IMG/VR virus record: IMGVR_UViG_3300020469_003958
Strand: one strand, 5' to 3'
Length of the DNA stretch: 20,000 nucleotides
Source: an uncultured virus (IMG/VR IMGVR_UViG_3300020469_003958)
Lineage: Duplodnaviria; Heunggongvirae; Uroviricota; Caudoviricetes
Below the pieces are notes generated by a model. It saw only the letters and a program-made list of their open reading frames with translations, was not told the origin of the DNA and did not search any database. The stretch's first letter is position 1, and each line of letters opens with the position of its first letter. The position numbers and the translations under genes are program-made. Shown in pieces: positions 16,201 to 20,000 of the stretch.

Positions 16201-16703
16201 TCTAATAAATCTTTAATAATAGCTTCACAAACTCGTTTAAGAGCTATCGAAGCGGTTTGTTGATTAAATTTCCCGTCCTCTGCAATGACAAGTGTAGTTG
16301 TGGATATTTGTTTCGAACTTCCTCTTTGTTTCGAAGTTTTTATTACTTTCCCATCCTCAACCAATTCTCCAATTGCAGCGATTTGTGTTAGGGCAACGCC
16401 CTTTCTATAAACAGCGATAGAAGTTCCCATATTCTTTATATCAAAGAATATTAATCTAACGTTAATTCGTTTAGAAGCACCATCATATAAATCATAATCA
16501 TATTCTAAGATGATTTCTTCTAAGATATTTGTCATACCAAGTGCTAGATTACGATTACCAGCAAACTTACCCATACGAATTTCGTTGGTAACTTCACCGA
16601 TTGCAATCTCCTTTGGCTCGTAAAAATCTTGTTGTGCGTGAGTAGGTACACTCAATAGAAGAGATGTAACTACTAACAAAAACAATTTTATAGCAGCATT
16701 CAT
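16197..16703 (-). CDS. Secreted protein, divergent CsgG-like fold (putative)
   Basis: Signal peptide (THA/Q); NLALGMTNILEEII resembles RVGLGLTNIVIEYL, and TASIALKRVCEAII resembles STRKALETASARIV, of 12379-13095. Confidence 0.6.
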   Translation of the reverse strand: MNAAIKLFLLVVTSLLLSVPTHAQQDFYEPKEIAIGEVTNEIRMGKFAGNRNLALGMTNILEEIILEYDYDLYDGASKRINVRLIFFDIKNMGTSIAVYRKGVALTQIAAIGELVEDGKVIKTSKQRGSSKQISTTTLVIAEDGKFNQQTASIALKRVCEAIIKDLLE

Positions 16704-16870
16704 TTGCTATACCTTTTTTAGTTCAGGTAAAACAATTGATAAAACAATTAAAAAACGATTAATAAAACATTAGGGCAGAACCCCTAATATAACTCTATTG
16801 AGATAACGATTGAACCCAATGAGTATTAGATACTAAACATTGAGTATTTGATTATAAATATATCTAAGTT

Positions 16871-18250
16871 TTAAATACCAATGTTTTTGAGTCTTAAAAT
16901 TTCATCCTTTATCTTTTGATTAAAAGGAGTCCACTTAAAATTCTCCAACATCCACTCTCTATAATGAGCAGGTATTTGAATAATATTCTTTCCAGCATAT
17001 TTACCGAATGGCATTTTTACTGAAGGACCTACAGCGGCTTTTTCGTATGGTGATGGTTCACCTTCTATATGTAATCCAATCTCTTTAATAGGAATACCTG
17101 TTAATAGTTTCTTTCCTTCTCCATACATACTCCACCTTCCCTTATCTTCTTTGAAGTATATATCTTCAACCTTTCCAAACTTAGGAACTGCTCCTACGAA
17201 ATCTACAACCAATCCTTCTGACTTGTTAGGGTGAATACGAGTAACTCTACCAACAAACTGATACCACCAACTTAAAGAAGCAGTTGGTCTACCAGTAATA
17301 ATACAATCTAACTCTGGGTAATCAAAACCAACTGATAATATATTAACTTGAGCAATACATCTTAACCTACCAGCTTTGAAATCCTCTAAAGTTTCTTTTC
17401 TTTCTTGAGGAGGCATATCAGAGTAAACTGCTTTACAACTTGGAATCATTGTAGTTAGTTCCTTAGCTTCATCAATTGATGGCACAGCTATTAAGATAGA
17501 ACGCCTATTGTACAACTCTTCTACTTTTTTTACAATCTTTGATGAGATTTTCTGGTTTTTGTATGCTTTCTTAATAGATGAATTAGAATATTCAGCACCA
17601 GTTGTATTATAAATTAAATCACCAGTATTGAAATCATATGATTGATATTCCAATCTACTCCAAAACTTTTCTTCAACCATTTGTTGAATTTGGGCAACGT
17701 GAATAATCTTCTTAAAGAAGTTACCCTTCTTAGAACGATTAGTTAACATAACCAACTTAGAGAAAGGTTTACCATCAGCTCCCATATTGGTTTGAAGTTT
17801 TAGAGGAGTAGCAGTTAAACCTAAAGTATGAATAATACCAGCTCCCTTTAAGAACCTTCTTAACATTCCGTTAGGTTCTCTGGGAAATCTATCACACTCA
17901 TCTATAATTACCTTAGTGATACCATACTCTTTAAACTTCCAAGCTATATTAACAATAGAACCAATGGTAGCATATGTTACATCACCAATTTCTTTTTCAC
18001 CCATAGAAGCTGAATAGATGGTTGCATCACCACCTAAGTTAATAAACTTCTCATAATTTTGTTCTAATAATTCTTTTGATGGTTGGATTACCAATACTTT
18101 TTCACCCACACCTTTTGCTATATGGGCAATAACAATTGATTTACCGAAAGCAGTAGGTGCTACGATAATAGAAGGTACTGGTTTCTTTTCAGAAAAGTAT
18201 GCAATTCCCCTCTCAACGGGTTCTATTTGGTTATTTCGTAATGTTAACAT
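16871..18250 (-). CDS. Superfamily 2 DNA helicase (RadD/YejH-like) with C-terminal MPFGKY domain
   Basis: APTAFGKS (I), PSKELLEQ (Ia), IIDECD (II), LTATP (III), ILSVGFDYP (V), QFVGRVTR (VI); tail MPFGKYAG..I.QIPAHYREW (DUF3820-like). Confidence 0.92.
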   Translation of the reverse strand: MLTLRNNQIEPVERGIAYFSEKKPVPSIIVAPTAFGKSIVIAHIAKGVGEKVLVIQPSKELLEQNYEKFINLGGDATIYSASMGEKEIGDVTYATIGSIVNIAWKFKEYGITKVIIDECDRFPREPNGMLRRFLKGAGIIHTLGLTATPLKLQTNMGADGKPFSKLVMLTNRSKKGNFFKKIIHVAQIQQMVEEKFWSRLEYQSYDFNTGDLIYNTTGAEYSNSSIKKAYKNQKISSKIVKKVEELYNRRSILIAVPSIDEAKELTTMIPSCKAVYSDMPPQERKETLEDFKAGRLRCIAQVNILSVGFDYPELDCIITGRPTASLSWWYQFVGRVTRIHPNKSEGLVVDFVGAVPKFGKVEDIYFKEDKGRWSMYGEGKKLLTGIPIKEIGLHIEGEPSPYEKAAVGPSVKMPFGKYAGKNIIQIPAHYREWMLENFKWTPFNQKIKDEILRLKNIGI

Positions 18251-18292
18251 TCGTAATACTTATATATGTATATACATAAATATACAATAATA

Positions 18293-18323
18293 CTAATATA
18301 CGAAAAAAAATTGACATAGCAAA
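18293..18323 (-). promoter_or_regulatory. Bacteroidota-type promoter for the helicase
   Basis: TTTG-N19-TATATTAG on the minus strand. Confidence 0.7.
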
Positions 18324-18355
18324 ATAAATTAAATGTTAAATTTTTCCTAATTTTG

Positions 18356-18387
18356 TTTGGTTATTACAAAAATTATTCGTATATTAG
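18356..18387 (+). promoter_or_regulatory. Bacteroidota-type promoter for the TonB-dependent receptor
   Basis: TTTG-N20-TATATTAG on the plus strand, back-to-back with the helicase promoter. Confidence 0.7.
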
Positions 18388-18512
18388 TATCAAAATATGT
18401 TCAAGTGAATTTCTTCTTTTAGAAGTTCGTTATACATATTCAAAGAAACCCCTTTATGGGGTTTAGTTATATTAATTAGTTATATTATATTATGAACAAA
18501 AATCAAGCAATT

Positions 18513-20000
18513 ATGAAGCAATTTTTAGTTGGGTTATTGATGGTATTCACCTCAATGACCGGATTCGCACAAATCACTGGAACAGTGGTTGATGCAGAAT
18601 CGAACTCTCCTCTACCCGGTGCAACGGTAGTAATCAAAGGGACCCAAATAGGTACAACAACCGATTTTGATGGTCTCTTTTCTATTTCTGATGCATCTGA
18701 AGGGGATACTTTAGTAATTACTTTTATCGGATTCGATGCAGCAGAAGTTGAGGCATTTGATGGTATGGAAGTAGTTTTAGAAACGGCATTAAATCAATTA
18801 TCAGAAGTAGTAGTTACTTCAGGTGTAATTGATATCGCCAAAGTAAGGGAAACTCCAGTAGCAGTTTCAGCAATCTCTGTATCAGAGATTACTCTAAAGA
18901 CTGGTAACTTAGAATTTCCTGAAATTATGAACAAAACTCCAGGTGTGTACGCTACCAAACAAGGTGGTGGTTATGGTGATTCAAGAATCTCTCTTAGAGG
19001 GTTTGACCAAAGGAACACATCTTTCTTGATAAACGGACAACCAGTCAACGATATGGAGAATGGTTGGGTTTATTGGAGTAACTGGCAAGGTTTAACTGAT
19101 GTTGCTAGTGGTATCCAAATCCAAAGAGGATTGGGTGCATCTAGATTAGCAGTACCTTCAGTTGGTGGAACTGTTTCTATTTTTACTAAAGCCGCTCAGA
19201 AGAGTGAGGGTGGTAAGGTATTACAAATGGTTGGTAACGATGGTTACGTTAAGACCGGTGTATCTTACAATACAGGTAAAAATGAAAAAGGATGGGCATC
19301 ATCTTTCTTACTATCGAGATGGCAAGGAGATGGATACATCTATAATACAAGTGGAGAAGGTTATACTTACTTCGCAGCAGTTGGTTACGCACCCGAAGGT
19401 TCAGCTCATGAGTTGAACTTTTCTTTTTTAGGGGCTGGTCAATGGCACCATCAAAGAGATGTATGGGTATCTATTAGAGATTATCAAAACTTCGGTAGTG
19501 AAGGAATTGATAGAAGATGGAACTCAAATGGTGGTACGTTAAATGGAGAAGAATTCTCAATGAGAAGAAACTTCTATAACAAACCTCTTGCAACTTTCAA
19601 CTGGGATTGGGAAATTTCCGATAACCTTAAACTAGCTACATCATTATATGGTTCAGCTGGTAGAGGTGGAGGAACAGGTCCTCGTGGTAATAACTATCGT
19701 GCAGGCGCATCTGATATCCTTCCATTTAGAAAGGATTTAACTGAACACTACTTAGAAAATGGTAGAGGTTCAAGAGATGCAAATGGATTCATCGATTTCG
19801 ATGCAGTTGTTGCTCACAACCAATCAACTACTCAAGGATACACTGGTGATATTAGTGGATACGAAGGGTTATTAATTGGTTCTAATGGATTTAGAGATTT
19901 CAACGTAAACAGAGAGGTACTAATAAGAAGAGCATCTATGAACTCACACAATTGGGTTGGTGGTATCTCTAACTTAGAAGGTCAGTTCGGTAAATTTAAA
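18513..20000 (+). CDS. TonB-dependent receptor (CarboxypepD_reg-like N-domain + plug + start of barrel), runs off the window
   Basis: Not in track (no stop in window). MKQFLVGLLMVFTSMTGFA/QITGTVVDAESNSPLPGATVVIKGTQIGTTTDFDG...LSEVVVT...TPGVY..KQGGGYGDSRISLRGF...LINGQPVNDMENG...IQIQRGLGAS...SVGGTVSIFTK; alternative in-frame ATG at 18492. Confidence 0.93.
   Translation, partial: MKQFLVGLLMVFTSMTGFAQITGTVVDAESNSPLPGATVVIKGTQIGTTTDFDGLFSISDASEGDTLVITFIGFDAAEVEAFDGMEVVLETALNQLSEVVVTSGVIDIAKVRETPVAVSAISVSEITLKTGNLEFPEIMNKTPGVYATKQGGGYGDSRISLRGFDQRNTSFLINGQPVNDMENGWVYWSNWQGLTDVASGIQIQRGLGASRLAVPSVGGTVSIFTKAAQKSEGGKVLQMVGNDGYVKTGVSYNTGKNEKGWASSFLLSRWQGDGYIYNTSGEGYTYFAAVGYAPEGSAHELNFSFLGAGQWHHQRDVWVSIRDYQNFGSEGIDRRWNSNGGTLNGEEFSMRRNFYNKPLATFNWDWEISDNLKLATSLYGSAGRGGGTGPRGNNYRAGASDILPFRKDLTEHYLENGRGSRDANGFIDFDAVVAHNQSTTQGYTGDISGYEGLLIGSNGFRDFNVNREVLIRRASMNSHNWVGGISNLEGQFGKFK

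Noticed and set aside
16790..16830. GGGTTCAATC on the minus strand resembling a tRNA T-loop
   Set aside because: No cloverleaf or acceptor stem can be built around it.
19162..19416. 84-aa plus-strand ORF
   Set aside because: Out-of-frame shadow inside the TonB-dependent receptor.
1..20000. Stop-codon reassignment as seen in some Bacteroidota phages
   Set aside because: Genes tile the window with full-length domains under the standard code, and TAG/TGA act as real stops at overlapping junctions.

Overview
AT-rich, gene-dense window, almost all on the minus strand, that reads best as part of a large phage (or phage-like element) of a Bacteroidota host. Support: Bacteroidota-type TTTG-N19/20-TAnnTT(T/A)G promoters, no obvious Shine-Dalgarno sites, no housekeeping operons, and typical large-phage genes (Hsp20, HD hydrolase, NT5C-type nucleotidase, PhoH, dCMP deaminase, Nmad1/DUF1599-like protein, PAP2 phosphatase, SF2 helicase). 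The centrepiece is a ~9-kb tightly packed operon (16703->7655) of exported and membrane proteins: two CsgG-like proteins, two paralogous dockerin+cohesin-like proteins (one with a PA14 head), each followed by a small paralogous Ig-like lipoprotein, a beta-barrel protein with a ~250-aa Gly/Asp/Glu-rich stalk, and TAATG-coupled micro-ORFs. This is a candidate phage-encoded surface-assembly/secretion system. A TonB-dependent receptor missed by the ORF track starts at ~18513 (+) and runs off the window. All family calls come from motif recognition by eye; no database search was run.
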